Source: Raillietiella orientalis
Lineage: Eukaryota
Direction: 5' to 3'
Assembly (NCBI GenBank): GCA_036172245.1
Contig: JAYWIR010000018.1
Coordinates: 2,914,001 to 2,978,000 of the forward strand
Length of the DNA stretch: 64,000 nucleotides
This document shows, one piece after another, positions 49,501 to 60,100 of this stretch. The notes beneath the pieces are model-generated. The model had not been told where the DNA came from and made no database searches. It saw only the letters and a list, made by a program, of their open reading frames with translations. Position numbers and translations under genes: made by a program. Each line of letters begins with the position of its first letter. The first letter of the stretch is position 1.

Positions 49501-51191
49501 TAGGAGTTGGTCGGGGGCGAAGGAATTCCAGGTGGGAAGAGTTCTCAGAACGCATGGGGACTCCGCGACTTTAGACCTCCGTACCTCCGCGAGAGAAACG
49601 CAGCCGGATGGCTCAGAAGAACATGAAGGTTTAATAGTTTGAGCCCGGGGGAGAGAGGCAGAGAAGTGACATCGGTGGATGACCCGAAAGCTTCCCGGAA
49701 GTACTTAGGGACGACGGCGCAGCCACCACTGAGACAACAACCCCATGAGCTGTGCACAGATTCCATTCCTTTCGGAGGAGGACGGGGAGCACGATTGTCC
49801 GCTGAGCGGGTCCTCCGCAGATCGATGTTTTTCTGAGACCTCGCCCGTGCACAAAGTGGCAGGGGTCAAGCGGATCCAGCTAGCTGCAGGCACTGGTCAA
49901 AGGGCACATGGATACGTTACGCGGACAGTCGGAAATTCCAAAAGATAACCTTGGTTTTTCGTGCTCTTCTCACTTTCCACAGCAGCCAAGCCTACCTCCT
50001 CCTGACTGAGCTTACGCAGTAAAGACCTAAGGGGAGGTTCCAGAAGCTAATCTAGTGCGCCTCTCTAGGGGTTCCCATTTATTGATTCCCTAATTCCAGA
50101 AAGGGAATCACAAACCATGAAGGCGATTTGTCAACGCTGCTGAAATTTTCGATCTTTAAACGGAACGTCTAGGCCTTTTGCAGAGTGTGCTCCCAACAAA
50201 ATGGTGGTCTTGGCTCTGCACTTCCCAGCATGACAGCTGCTTAATGATTTCTTTTGAAGCACGTAAACGATAGGGAATTTTCCAGCCCGTGAGACTATCA
50301 GTTCCCACTGATCTGTTTCCATTGATTCGTAATACCGTTGCGTACTCTGGCGCAGACTTCATACATTTAGGACCGCCGATAAAATTGCAAAAATCTCTTA
50401 GCGATAACTGAGAAATCGAGAAAACTTCTCTTAACTGGGAAGAGGACGGAAATGATGCAACGGATAGCCTCATTTGCACCGAACCTGAAAGCACCTATGA
50501 ATGGGGCTTCAAGGTGCCACTTACCCTCCCCTATTGTGCATGTGTTTCTATATGTATCCAAGTTACCAAACCCCGCATGAATTCCTGTCTTCTGTGTAGT
50601 AGTAAAATGTGCGAATGGCATCACCGTATACCTGACGATGGCAATGTCGAAACGACATGGCATGACGCACTTGAAACGAAAATCTCATCTTTCTAATAAA
50701 ATGGTTTGAAGTATGGAACCAGTTAGTGTCGCTCGGTTCGAGAGACACTAACTGGAAAATTACTGAAGCAATTCAGTCATTTTCTCCTTTTTTTTTTTTT
50801 GCTAATTCAATGCTTACTATGTTTAACTAACGTCTTTAACTAATTATAGAAATGATGCTCCAAATGCACACTACTCTGTGCATCCACGAGATCCACTTGT
50901 AAAGCGCATCATCCGAAACCATCCCAGATCCTTTGCAGCCGCGATTTTCTAGGATAAGAGTCCTTACACGACGGAAAGGACAGACAGCCACGACCTTCGT
51001 CATGTGCAGCACTGCTGACGGAGGTCGTTAATCGCGCCGTGTAAAGTGAAGTAAGATGACGAAGGAAAACTCACCTATGCAGCTGTACCCGTTTCTGTCC
51101 AAATAATATCCTTGCCTGCAACTGCACTCGAAGGTACCTTCTGGCAAGTCGAAACAAAGGTGATGGCATGGAGTGTCAGGACTGCAGTGTC
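878..51191 (-). CDS. EGFLAM: Pikachurin/EGFLAM-like (SP2353-family) laminin G + EGF extracellular protein; 12 coding exons, 5'-incomplete, about 759 aa
   Basis: Exons 51075-51191, 27740-28027, 25959-26166, 23818-23962, 15566-15755, 9216-9355, 4732-4949, 3747-3975, 3407-3666, 3124-3354, 1085-1188, 878-1026 splice GT-AG in one frame (2279 nt plus 1 nt from a missing upstream exon). Three LamG domains (GVLLYS/GLLFYS/GLLLWM, FDCGSG/FDAGDG/YNLGG, GFEGCI/NFRGCI/SFTGCI), each preceded by an EGF module. The N-terminal EGF resembles that of the SP2353 family as I recall it. The symbol is a family-level assignment; agrin, perlecan and EYS C-termini are related alternatives. Confidence 0.8.
1085..1188 (-). 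CDS. Exon: LamG3 (IGLHSSLQVDEGPVVRGHARTGAKEMTTDSGLYLG)
   Basis: Acceptor tttttcag, donor G|GTAACG; phase 2 to 1; LamG L-x-VD and LYLGG motifs; followed by a 58-nt intron. Confidence 0.92.
3124..3354 (-). CDS. Exon: LamG3 N-half (LNGLVSDIRLEFRPLMDDGLLLWMG...YNLGG...NATWHSVTLIR)
   Basis: Acceptor ctttgtag, donor CG|GTGCGT; phase 2 to 2; LamG motifs F-R-P..DGLLLW and WH-x-V. Confidence 0.93.
3407..3666 (-). CDS. Exon: end of LamG2 + EGF (CAEQPCRNGGICVPEKGAFSCACALGWSGNTC) + start of LamG3
   Basis: Acceptor acgcag, donor GG|GTGAGG; six-cysteine EGF; followed by a 52-nt intron. Confidence 0.95.
3747..3975 (-). CDS. Exon: LamG2 C-half (SPRAIPMGEWCRFHAHRTG...FWVGG...NFRGCIEQ)
   Basis: Acceptor tcttccag, donor CAG|GTAGGC; phase 2 to 0; followed by an 80-nt intron. 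Confidence 0.92.
4732..4949 (-). CDS. Exon: LamG2 N-half (IPSFNGSSFLKY...RPDHPNGLLFYSG...DFLAVALKDGHVQLCFDAGDG)
   Basis: Acceptor ttctccag, donor AC|GTAAGT; phase 0 to 2; textbook LamG start. Confidence 0.95.
8972..8991. repeat. (GA)10 microsatellite
   Basis: Directly visible. Confidence 0.95.
9216..9355 (-). CDS. Exon: EGF (NCKREVCDQSKCGRKGKC...CLCPPGYVGEFCEIPSSLQ)
   Basis: Acceptor gctttcag, donor CAA|GTAAGC; phase 1 to 0; C-x-C-P-P-G-Y-x-G-x-x-C EGF signature. Confidence 0.94.
13190..13871 (-). mobile_element. SINE-like family copy, near full length
   Basis: Minus-strand B-box GATTCGAATCCC; shared body blocks CAGGATGACGCTGGTTGGCC, CCATGGAGCTGG..CCTCTCCAGAGTGTCAAG and CCCTTCAGAGAAATTGGGAAGCATCCC. 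Ends approximate. Confidence 0.8.
14504..15322 (+). mobile_element. Full-length tRNA-derived SINE-like element with poly(A) tail and 18-bp TSD
   Basis: AAGAAACGGCTCTGGAAA occurs at both 14486-14503 and 15323-15340. The head has a D-arm-like GGCTT-TGTGGTT-AAGCC and B-box GGTTCGAATAC (14559-14569). It ends GCGAACC plus an A-run. The body is shared with other copies. Confidence 0.88.
15566..15755 (-). CDS. Exon: LamG1 C-terminal part (GLSSCITFQEPLYLG...SGFEGCIRHLQVNN...AYDI)
   Basis: Acceptor ttttcaag, donor G|GTAAGA; phase 0 to 1; PLYLG and GFEGCI motifs. Confidence 0.93.
18928..20537. repeat. Left arm of a 1.6-kb long-range inverted duplication
   Basis: Reverse complement of 44010-45619 (paired coordinates sum to 64547). 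Several ORF-track peptides are identical between arms, e.g. 19170..19502 versus 45045..45377. Contains a decayed SINE head at about 19422-19562. Confidence 0.97.
20728..21003 (-). pseudogene. Diverged duplicate of 27966-28255 (intron end, acceptor and first ~60 nt of the linker exon); frameshifted pseudo-exon
   Basis: Colinear shared blocks CTCATACACGAGGCTGCT, GAGACCTATCA..AGTCAGTTGGG, ACACTTCATA, GTAAATGCAGG, GGACCAGCAG.GGGCAACC, TGCAGACTCG.CCCGA, GCCCACCGC, ACATCGAG.CTCCTGG.ACAAGAAG; roughly 75-80% identity by eye. Confidence 0.88.
21131..21790 (+). mobile_element. SINE-like family copy, near full length with A-rich tail
   Basis: Degenerate B-box GCTCGAATCCC; body CCATGGAGCTG..CTCTCCAGAGT..CCCTTCAGAGAAATCTGGAAGCGTCCCTTCGG; same 3' end as the TSD-flanked copy (GCGAACC plus A-rich run). 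Confidence 0.82.
23818..23962 (-). CDS. Exon: LamG1 middle (FDCGSGAGVVSSSNEILNDHWNKLTVYQHKWGVWLQLNNGKNSQGTSK); absent from the ORF track
   Basis: Translated by hand. Acceptor tttttccag, donor AAG|GTGAAC; phase 2 to 0 exactly bridges the two neighbouring exons. Confidence 0.93.
25959..26166 (-). CDS. Exon: LamG1 N-part (GDVVMPQFRATSWMEF...EFKP...EGVLLYSSQ...GDFFAIVVRNRLVEFR)
   Basis: Acceptor gtttcag, donor AG|GTAACG; phase 1 to 2. Confidence 0.94.
26480..26790 (+). mobile_element. SINE-like family copy, 5' part only
   Basis: B-box GGTTCGAATCC (26496-26506), CAGGATGACGCTGGTTGGCC, GAAACCGGATGCCCCCGTTGAC, CCATGGAGCTGG..CCTCTCCAGAGTGTCAAG. Confidence 0.8.
27740..28027 (-). CDS. Exon: Ser/Thr/Glu-rich linker + EGF (CTLQCGKGHC...QRCICAFGYQGDACEI)
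   Basis: Acceptor tctttttag; the only in-frame donor after the last Cys is C|GTTGAG; phase 1 to 1. Confidence 0.88.
31455..31750 (+). mobile_element. SINE-like family copy, internal fragment
   Basis: GTCCTTCCGGGAATCAAGGAG, CCATGGAGCTGGTTGATGCCTCTCCAGAG and CAGAGAAATTGGGAAGCGTCCCTTCGGGGTTCTCTTCAGAGG match other copies. Confidence 0.78.
33169..33333. repeat. Purine tract followed by a complementary pyrimidine tract, flanked by the 12-bp direct repeat TTAAAATGAGGA
   Basis: Direct repeat at 33169-33180 and 33322-33333; internal GAAGGGAGGAGGAG / CTCCTCCTCCCTTC and AAGGAAGGAAGAGGAG / CTCCTCTTCCTTCCTT. Confidence 0.7.
34495..34544. repeat. Compound microsatellite (CA)n(GA)n
   Basis: Directly visible. 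Confidence 0.95.
36048..36458. repeat. AT-rich long imperfect palindrome (foldback/MITE-like)
   Basis: 36093-36114 pairs with 36289-36307; 36122-36163 pairs with 36248-36289; outer ATTAAGATTCAGAT pairs with ATTTGTATCTTAAT. Abrupt AT-rich island within GC-rich flanks. Confidence 0.8.
37400..37620 (+). mobile_element. SINE-like family copy, head fragment
   Basis: Same start CCCGCGTCGGAGGC as the 14504 copy; GTCGCGGGTTCGAATCCC; ATTCGGGTGCGGCACTGGTG block. Confidence 0.72.
38230..38912 (-). mobile_element. SINE-like family copy, near full length
   Basis: Minus-strand head CCCGCGT...GGTTCAAATC...GGTTTCGAGTCC; the + strand body CTCTGAAGAGAACACCGAAGGGATGCTTCCTAATTTCTCTGAAGGG..CTTGACACTCTG matches 13448-13545. 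Confidence 0.78.
44010..45619. repeat. Right arm of the 1.6-kb long-range inverted duplication
   Basis: Reverse complement of 18928-20537; near-identical core with diverged edges. Confidence 0.97.
51075..51191 (-). CDS. Exon: N-terminal EGF (HCSPDTPCHHLCFDLPEGTFECSCRQGYYLDRNGYSCI); absent from the ORF track
   Basis: Translated by hand. Acceptor ttttcacaatag, strong donor G|GTGAGT; 117 nt, phase 1 to 1; six Cys with C-x-C-x-x-GY-x-L-x-x-NG-x-SC. Joins in frame to 28027 across a 23-kb intron. Confidence 0.88.
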   Translation of the reverse strand, partial: DTAVLTLHAITFVSTCQKVPSSAVAGKDIIWTETGTAA

Positions 51192-54100
51192 CTATTGTGA
51201 AAACAAGAAGTCAGCAGGATGTGCAGAAAGAAAGGACAAGAGCAAATTCGAGGCTTTTCGAATCTCAGCAACACGTGCGTTTCATCGGCGAAGATGCTCA
51301 GAAATAGTCAAGGTGCATCCTCGTCGATGCTGCGAGCATTTTTTTTTCTTTTTTTAGTATTTTGGTCCTGTTTCTTCTACATATCGAATAGTAGGGTTCG
51401 TGGGGACGGTCACGCTTATGTGTGTTCACATTCTGTGCTATGTCGCTGAGAATCACAGTGAAGAGCTTTGGAGCATTCAAGAGTGCATTTCTTTACTGCG
51501 ACACTGTGCGCTGTTAGCATCCTTGTGCTATCAGGGAATTCGGTGGACACGAGTTTAGCACAGATTCGACCCCATCGCGTGATGATTACATCCGAATGGA
51601 GTAACAACGCTCTGTCCACTGCAGCATCACTGACACAGTAGGCTGAAGCTGGACGGTGCCATACTGCAAGCAGACGGTGGAAGCGTCTGATAAGTTTCGT
51701 GCTGCTGAGGAAACACGAAGTTGAATTCGCGAACGGCATTCTTTCAGAGAAAAAAGCTAAGAATTGAGTGTCCAGCGGAAGAACATGCTCCAAAGTGGAG
51801 CTTGGTTCCCCGCTTTTAAATGACAGAAAGCGTGGATTCCCTATTCCATAGGAGAGCTTATGTGTTGGGTGCAACCTCTTTACTTTTTAACAGTGGCATT
51901 TTTTGGTTTGAGTATCGAAGACAGCTGGTGCACCCTTGTCCTTCAACATGAATTTGCTGTGTGCGACACTTGGTTGCTAGGGAGCTCCCAGTTAAAAATT
52001 CATGGCCGAAAAGCATTTCGAAAGGACGTTCCACCGATATTGGCATGATACTGGCAGCAACATCTGTTCTTTCATCACATGTTGTTAGTGCAGTGCTTCA
52101 CGTTCCGATTTGCATAAGGAAGACTAATGGGTTTATCTAATCGACGGAGATTCTTAAATTGCTAATTTTTTTTTTTGGATGATTTTCTAAAGAGACAAGC
52201 AGACCTCCCTTCTTCGTCTTCCCAACTTTTGCTTTGCTCTCGACACGACGCTGATGTCCTCAGGAGGTGAACTGTGAAAATTCCTCTTCCAAGAAGGACT
52301 CGGGTGTGAAAAATTCGCCATGGGACTTCGGCGATGATGAATTTCCGGTGAGATCGCGGATGAGCACTGATGTGAGTACATAGCGTGCACAGAGAAGCTT
52401 TTGGGAACAGCAGCTGCAAGAAATGCAAACAAAACAGGGGGTCGATGAAATCACACCCTGCGTGATGGCCACCTTCTCCGGCTCCCGCGACCCGTCCGCC
52501 ACAGAGTTCGAGGAGAACTCCAAGCTCACGCAAGAGTTGTCGAAAACTTGGCAGGAGCGCTGCCAGTTGCCTGAGAGCTGCAAGAACTCGACCAACGCCG
52601 GGAGGGCGTGCCGTTTCCTAGGGAACGTTTCCGCTCTGATCGCGCTGCCAGGAAGAGATTTGGTCGTTCGGATGCTTCGAGCGTGTAATGGCGCTCCCAT
52701 CCGCATCCACTATGAGGTTAAGTACGAGGCGCGAGCGTGCCTCTCTTTCCTGTATTGGCTAGAGGCGAGAGTTCAGGTAATTCGCGAGACCGCACACGAA
52801 AACTCTGCTGTTTTTTTTTTTTTTTTTTTTACCCCAGTACGGGTCCTGCCCTAACGTGTGTCTTCTTTCCGTTCTTTTCCTTTGAACCCAGGAGCGTTCT
52901 GAGCGCTGTGAAAGAAGGTTCGATTGCCTTCCTTCCTCCCGCTGATACCTGAATCCCTTCCCGAAGTCTCGCAAGTGGCCGACGATTGCAAGAAGAGCAG
53001 GATGCGAGGAAGAGCGGGAGCCCGTTCCAGACTGGCCGCCGTGGATTTACAGGAGGCGTATGCAAAATTTTCCGCGACGGTCCAGCGGTCTCTCCCGCCC
53101 CGAAGCGAGGCCTCTCCGCATCTCATTTTTGGAATCCAATTAGCTCCGCTCCCTTCCTTCCATGATCTCATTTTCGTCTCTCGCAACTTCAAGCGAGATG
53201 GATTCGGTGAAGCCAGCGAGGAAACCCTCGATCCACTCCCTGTGCGTTCCTTTCCTATTTTGATGTGCAGTTTTCCCTGTACAATAAATCAAAGCAAGAG
53301 CCTGTTATTAAGAACCTCCCGGGAAGCGCGCGTCTTGCCTACAACTGCCCGGAAAGCCATGCAAGTGTTCGGCTCTCGGAAGTCGCTCCTCCTCAGTTTG
53401 CTGGACGCGCAAGAACCGCACGCTGGAAGGCAGCTCTCCCGTTCAGACGGCTCGACAGAACTGGCTTGGAAGCCTCCGCTGCGTCGCCTGGTTACCGTTT
53501 TTCCGATCGTAGCAAACGCTTTGCCGGGATGGTTCAGGTGGATCCCGTGGGGAACATCCTTCCTTGTTTTGGGTGATCGATGTACATGATCTGATTCGCG
53601 CGGATTCGCCTAACGGGAGTAAGTGGCAACAGGAGAACGGGAGGAGCGCCGTCAGGCTGGAAGGAAGGTTGGATGGGTCCTACCGATGCGGGTTAGCGGA
53701 GAGACGAGGACCCAGCCCATTTCTGGTAGGTAATTAGCAAATGCTGTCCGTCGAGATTAAGGGATTCATCCTTTCGTTCCGCATCGCTAGGATCGGGGAA
53801 TGCTGGGACAGCAGGACTCCTGAACCCCGTACCCCCGTTCGACGAACAAGGAAGCCACGCACTTTGCTCCCGCGCGCGCGATGGCGAGCGGATCTTCTCG
53901 TAAAGATGATTTGTAGTACCTCGGTCACTTCTTTTTCTTGGACTTGAGTGTTCCGCTGAAGTGCAGAAAATTCTCGAACAGAGAGTCTGGACAGTCGATT
54001 TAGACGACTTCTTATTTCCTTTTTAAAACAACAACAGCAAAAGTACTGGATACTTTCATGGCAGAGACGATCTTTTCTGCAGAGAAGTGCAGATGCAGCC

Positions 54101-57100
54101 TTTATCGCAATGGGCTTTCATTTTGTGGCTAACACGTAAGGAATTTCTTGATGGACAGTCGAGTGCCGTTTTTTGGAGATGACCGCCTTCGTGAACGCAC
54201 TGGAGCCTCCTCCGTATCATTTCGAGCAGATTTCAGGATGCAATTCATTTGTCTGTTTTTAAGAGGGGCGTGTCACAAAGTGCAGAGTTTGTGCAAACGG
54301 CTGTCGAAATTAGTACTGCCACAGCTTAATGAGGACGATGTGAAGAAGACGTGGGTTCAGACTGTCCTGCATTCTTTCTTCTTCTTCTTTTCTGTTTTTG
54401 TTGTTTGTTTTCCAGAAGAGAATTACTGGTAAGCTGCAGAAGATCATTTCCTAAATTTCTGCTAGCGCGGAGTATTCAGGGCGAATGGTTCAAGAGTGCC
54501 GCTTGCGAGGTGTTCCGCGCTTAAGGATTTTCTCTTGCAGAACAAGAATTCTTCTAATTTTTCCTCTCCCCTCAGGGTTGCGCCCGCGGGCGTCAACTGG
54601 AAAAGGCTTCAAAACTGGTGTCCCGTGGAACGGTGGCGTGTGCTGCAACCTTCCTACGCCACACGGGTGCACGATGCACGACTCCCTTCCACGTCCCTAG
54701 ACTGATGACGAAAACGAAATGTATTATTTAATAGGTGATGCATCGATCACCCTGAAGGATTCTCTGCTACAGAAAGGCATCAGGAAGCCTTTATTAATTC
54801 ATTGGTTTGGTCACTCGCTGATGGGTCTTTCGTGTCGCTTTCAGGTGTACATCGATGATGTACATTGACTTGCGTCCAAGAATAGAGGATATCGATCTTC
54901 CAACAGCGGGCAGGAAGTCGTACTCGGAGCAGTTCCTCTCGAGATGCGATAGGATACGTGATCAGCTTTTTTCAAACCACCCTGAATTTGCGGCCGTCTC
55001 CTGATTCTTCGAGAGTCTAAATTTGCACCCTGCATCGCTCAACAGCTAGTGGAATGATTGGGAAGGGGGGAGGATGCCCCTGGAAAGGTTCGTCGCGGCC
55101 GTCACCAGGTGCGCTGCAGGCTAAAAAAAAAAAAAAAAAAAAACGATCCCCCCTCCTCCTTCCTTCCTCGTTCTAGTGGACGAGCGCTGGTTCCGTGCAT
55201 TCCTGCAACCAGCAGGACCAGTCACCCGTATCCATCTCGTCCAGAGATGCATCGCCTCCACGCCGTTTTGGGTTCGCAATCACCTCCGCTTGCTGGGGGC
55301 AGTCTCGAGAAGCGACTTCGACGTTCACCTGCCTAACGGCCCGAGTTTCATCTTCGTGAGCCCTCTTATGTCCTGCACCTACGACTGCCGCTCTGCTCCT
55401 CCAAGAACTCCAGAAGTTCTTGAAGTTTCTACTGCCTGAATCCCGCATCATCGACTACTCTACGCGGCTTGCAGTCAGTCCGCACGGTTTCCCTGACTTT
55501 CAGCCACTGCGGTTTCCCTTAAGCTCCAGGCGTGCCACACGAAGCACATTCTCGGCTCCTCCCTGGTAAGGGCCTCCTCTCTCAGACCCGGGTCGGAGAG
55601 CGGTCTCGAGCACCGTAGGATACAACCCACAAGGATTCGAGTCTTTCAGTCCCTTCGCCTCCCGAGGACGCCAGACCGTTGCTCCCCTCCTGAAGGAGGT
55701 GCCAGATCGGGAATCTCAGAAATCCAGAATTGGGTTTTCCGCCCGTTTTCGCGCCGCTTGCTGGCTTCCGACCCACCCGCCCGCCACCCATCATGGCTGG
55801 CTACTTGCGGTTCGCGGGAGTCTCTTCCTGGCAGCGTGAACAGAGCTGGCAGCAGACGCTTGAACGGAATCGAATTTCCCATCCCCGCTTCCGCGTCAGG
55901 ACCGCAAGAAACACAAACACGGAAACACGACCCAGCGTTAATTAAATCAACTGATTGATTTGATCCGAGAGAGAATTCCATTCAGCTGTTCCAGGCTGCC
56001 CTGTGCGGTCCCGAGGAAAGACCTGTCTTGCGAGATTCTAAGCCGATTGGCTAGTTCGTGTTCCCAGAGCCCTGTTACCAGAGTTCTGTGTTCCCTTGCA
56101 CACCACTCGGTGATGGTGCGATGATCATCATCTTACGGTCGTGCCATCAGAGACAGCACGTCTTTCTGCGTTTTTCTGAACAGGCATTGGCGCCTACTCT
56201 GGTGTCCTCCCTTCCGTTTCATTGCATGTTATTGATTCCCGGGAGCAGAGAATCTCTACACGGTTCCGAAACCAAAACGAAAACGTGGCAAGCACACAGG
56301 ATCCGGAAAGAAAATCTCAGAGGTAAACTGTACAGTTTCAGCCAGCACATCATCTCGATGCTTCGGAACGCTTGGGTTACGAAGCCTCGCTTGATCGTGC
56401 AGCCAGCGCTGAAGATCTGTTCGATGTTCCTCCGAGAGGAGGAACGAACTCTTCTCTGTGAGGTTCCAGCATGGCTCTCTGGCAGAAGAATCCCTGAACG
56501 AAGGATCTCGTACTGGTCCGAGCTTACTTTCTCTCGTGCCCGTTTAAATCGGGAAAGATCGTCACGTCAGAACCCCTTGATGTGACTACAGCGACGTTTC
56601 GAGGCGCGCCTTTTCCAGCCGGGAGTTTCCGGTCGCTTTCCTTTGTTCATTCCTCTGCACGTTTCTTTCACCGATCTTCGATGGGGTGCCAACTTTAGCA
56701 TTTTGATCGATCGATCCTGGACTTGAACTGATAGCAGCAGTGGGAGCAGCAGACAGCTTCTTTCCCTCGTGTAGCTGAGACGAGGCTGGCTGTTTTCCTT
56801 TCAGCTGTTCTGCCACACAGTTCTGCAATGGGAAACTGGGAGACGCTTGTTCCACTGCGGCGACACTTAGGGAGGCATCGTTACCACTCCGTTGCACTCG
56901 GTGTTCGTGCTCCGAATGTGACGCGATCCGAGTGTGTGGACTGCTTTGAAGTTCTTTGCAATCGAAGTCACCGGCGAAGAAGATTTTTTCTCACGCTGGA
57001 ACCTGCTTTGATTTAGGAGACCGTGGATAGAACACGAAATGGTCAGCGCTCGTCTTTACATTGGTCTTGGTCGATGTCTTGCAAGGAAAATGCAAGACAT

Positions 57101-60100
57101 CGACTGAGACCAATTAGGAACACATGCAATGCCAGCAAAGGAGTTGCTACTTCTTCCCGATCGAATTTCGAAAACTGGTTATCACCCCCCCCTTCCCCCT
57201 CCCTCCCTCAAGGGCGCTACAATACATTGCAGTATGATGGGCACGTTGTGACGTTTCATCGGATCCGTGTTTAGCAGCACTGAAGGTGCGAATTAGTGTT
57301 CGTAATTCGCAGTTTGAATTCGTAAAGCGATGTGAATTCGAGATGCTATGCAGCATCGTTTGCAGCTGATGGGCTGTTCTCTGCAAGAGTTCCACGATAA
57401 GGTAACCGATAACCATCCTTGTTCGCTGTGACACTGTGGTGGATTGCGTGTGGATAGGACGGCCCAACGTGTGATTTCGCTTGAAGTGGTCATCGGAAAA
57501 CGTTCTTCCACTGAAACTAGACCCCACAGCACGACTGTGCGACGATCACTTTGACGGAGTGATGTTACATCTCGAACCCGTACACATGGCTGCTTCATTC
57601 TATTCTGGTGGATCAGCCTCGCTTCGTTCCTTTTGTATTCATGGCTGTGTACTTTCTTCAAGGGAAACGTCTTCTAATCCCACACTTCACCAGCTGCTTA
57701 ACGTGGTGCTACCAAATGGGTTGCATGCCCTTAGCTGTCTTGGAACCAGCGCATTAGATTTTGTTCTTGCGTCCCTGAGGTACGAGCTCATCTGCACTTC
57801 CTCCCACAAAGAAATGACCACACCCCGTAGACTCAGCTTAGATGAAACACACACACACACACAAAAAAAAAAAAAAAAACTGCGCCATCGAGTCCAGGAT
57901 TCTACAGAATTCACACTGAAAAAAGAAAAAAAAAAATTCGAATTCAGTACTGGGATCACCGCAAAATGCCTCGAGTTCTTGTTATGCTTGGTAAAAGAAA
58001 AGAAAATGATTCTGCACTGTTGGTCTGCTTCGGTTGCTGGGACGGTAGTCCATTATCCAGAAGCATCCATCCTGGTTCGTAAGAAAAGATTCTGATAAAC
58101 CCTCACCAATGGATCTAATTGCTGTTGGCCTTTCGTTTTACGCTTGCATAAAAAAAAAGTTGCCAGGCTTCTAAACGATCCTGCCTTTGGAGCCTCTCTG
58201 GGAGGCGGCGCGGTTGCCCTGGTTTTAATCCAACATTCATTTCATCCAGCCGACGCAACTCAATTAATTAGGTCGCTAATTGATTTATCGAGCTGTGAGT
58301 TGGAATTTCGCGGGAGAGGCGTAGTGATCGGCTCGCACAAAAGTACTTTCAAATGCACCTGAAGCAGATGGGGTCTTTCGCCCACGTCGAAGCTACCGTG
58401 TTGACCAGAGGCAATTATCTGCACTAATGAGGGTCACCGACGAGAACGAATTTCAGTTTTGTATCTTCGAAGCTTGCAGATGTGTTTTCCAGACTTTCGC
58501 ACCGGATGGGTTCTGGAATACAATCGATTCTCTGTTGTTCGGTCCTCCGAGAGATGCTTCTGAAACTTTCTTGTTTTCTTCAGTGCTCGGACTGGTGAAT
58601 GCTGGGAATCACTCCGCTGATAGGATTTAGACGGAAGATATATCGTTTATATCGTTTTAATGACATGAATGCACCCTCGGCAATTTCAAAAAGCTTACAA
58701 GAGACCTCCGAGCATGGTCTCTCGGTCTCTCTGGCGGCAATGCCTGGTGTCCTGATTTCATTTCTCGTCTGCTCACTATGCATGCAGGTTGCTAAGGGAA
58801 TGGGAGAAGTTGAAGCTCCCTAGTCACCTTTCCCATCCCACAGCAAATGAGAGATTTAAATGTTGCAGCGCTCTGAATCGATCTCCAATCTGTGATTCAT
58901 TCACAGATGAAGCTAAAAAATAACTTCACATTAGCCGTGAAATCAGTACGAATTCTAGAAGATTTCTTTCTCAAGATTTAGTTCGGGATTCACTAGAAGC
59001 AGTGACTTCATTTCGTGGACCTTAGCGGCTCGTGACTACTCGATAAGATCGAATTGGGTGTTATTGTATTCGTAATAAGAAGTTGGATAATAACAGGGCT
59101 TCACCAGCTACTGCGCACTCTCAAGTTTTCACATTGCCATGGTCTTGAGGTTAGTGAAAAGGTTCACTACTCTGTGTCGTAAGTATCGAACCATTCTTTA
59201 TCCGTTCCGGATACGTGGGGCCTCAAAATAGGACGGTCATCTAAAGTTCGCACGCAGCATCGGAGTGAAAGTCCTTGGAGGATGGGAAGCACGCGCTAAC
59301 CGAATTCGTCTTGAATTTGGGGTTCGAGCATACCGAAAAACAACAAACTGTCCTTCCGATTCGGGAGAAACACTTTTGTGTGCTTCTCGGATCCGCAGAC
59401 GGGTGCTTCCCACTTGAATTACATGCATTGCAGACTTGCAGCTATCAAAGTATGCGACGTTTTTGTCAGGTTTATTGATGCGTCGGGGAGAGAGAGAGAG
59501 AGAGGGGGGGGGGAAGGGGGGCAACCCTTTTTGTGCACGGGAAGCTTTGCTGTTTATGTAAAGTTACGCGAAGACTTCGGCTTCCGCTGCTGCATCGCTA
59601 CAGTTTTTTCACCGCTGAGCAAGAAGTCTCCGTATCTCATACTGCACAGCTGCCCTTTCTCGCATTTCAGCAATCTGCCATTCTTCGTGGATTTGCGACG
59701 AAAGCTTGCCTTTCGCTATTCCCCTCAGTTAAGAATCTGCAGACCACGAAATCGATCCGCGTTTCCCATTTTAAGTTGATCGCACGTCCCTGTCCAGGTT
59801 TTCTTTCGATTCAGGTGATGGGAAGAGTCCACTTAGGTGTTTCCCGAGTGTGCAATGCTTCGATCAACGAGCAACAGCTGAAAGGCACCTTCCGAGATGA
59901 GCACAACGGCTCGCATTTGTTGGATAAATCCGTTGGAAATCCCTCGGAGGAAGCGGGAGGAAAATGATCCCTGTTTCTCCACAGGTTCGATCCTGAGCCG
60001 TCCAGAATCATTTGCAAACGCAACGACCTTTCAGAAAACTCAATATCGAAGCGGCATGATCACATGATTGCCACTGCAGCCGGAACTCCTGCTCTCAGTG

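Noticed and set aside
52924..53589. 221-aa ORF with an RT-like AVDLQEAY motif
   Set aside because: No downstream PQG or YxDD motifs; the resemblance is too short.
54702..54719. CTGATGA…GAAA hammerhead-ribozyme-like cores here and near 41694
   Set aside because: No pairable stem II and no convincing stems I or III.
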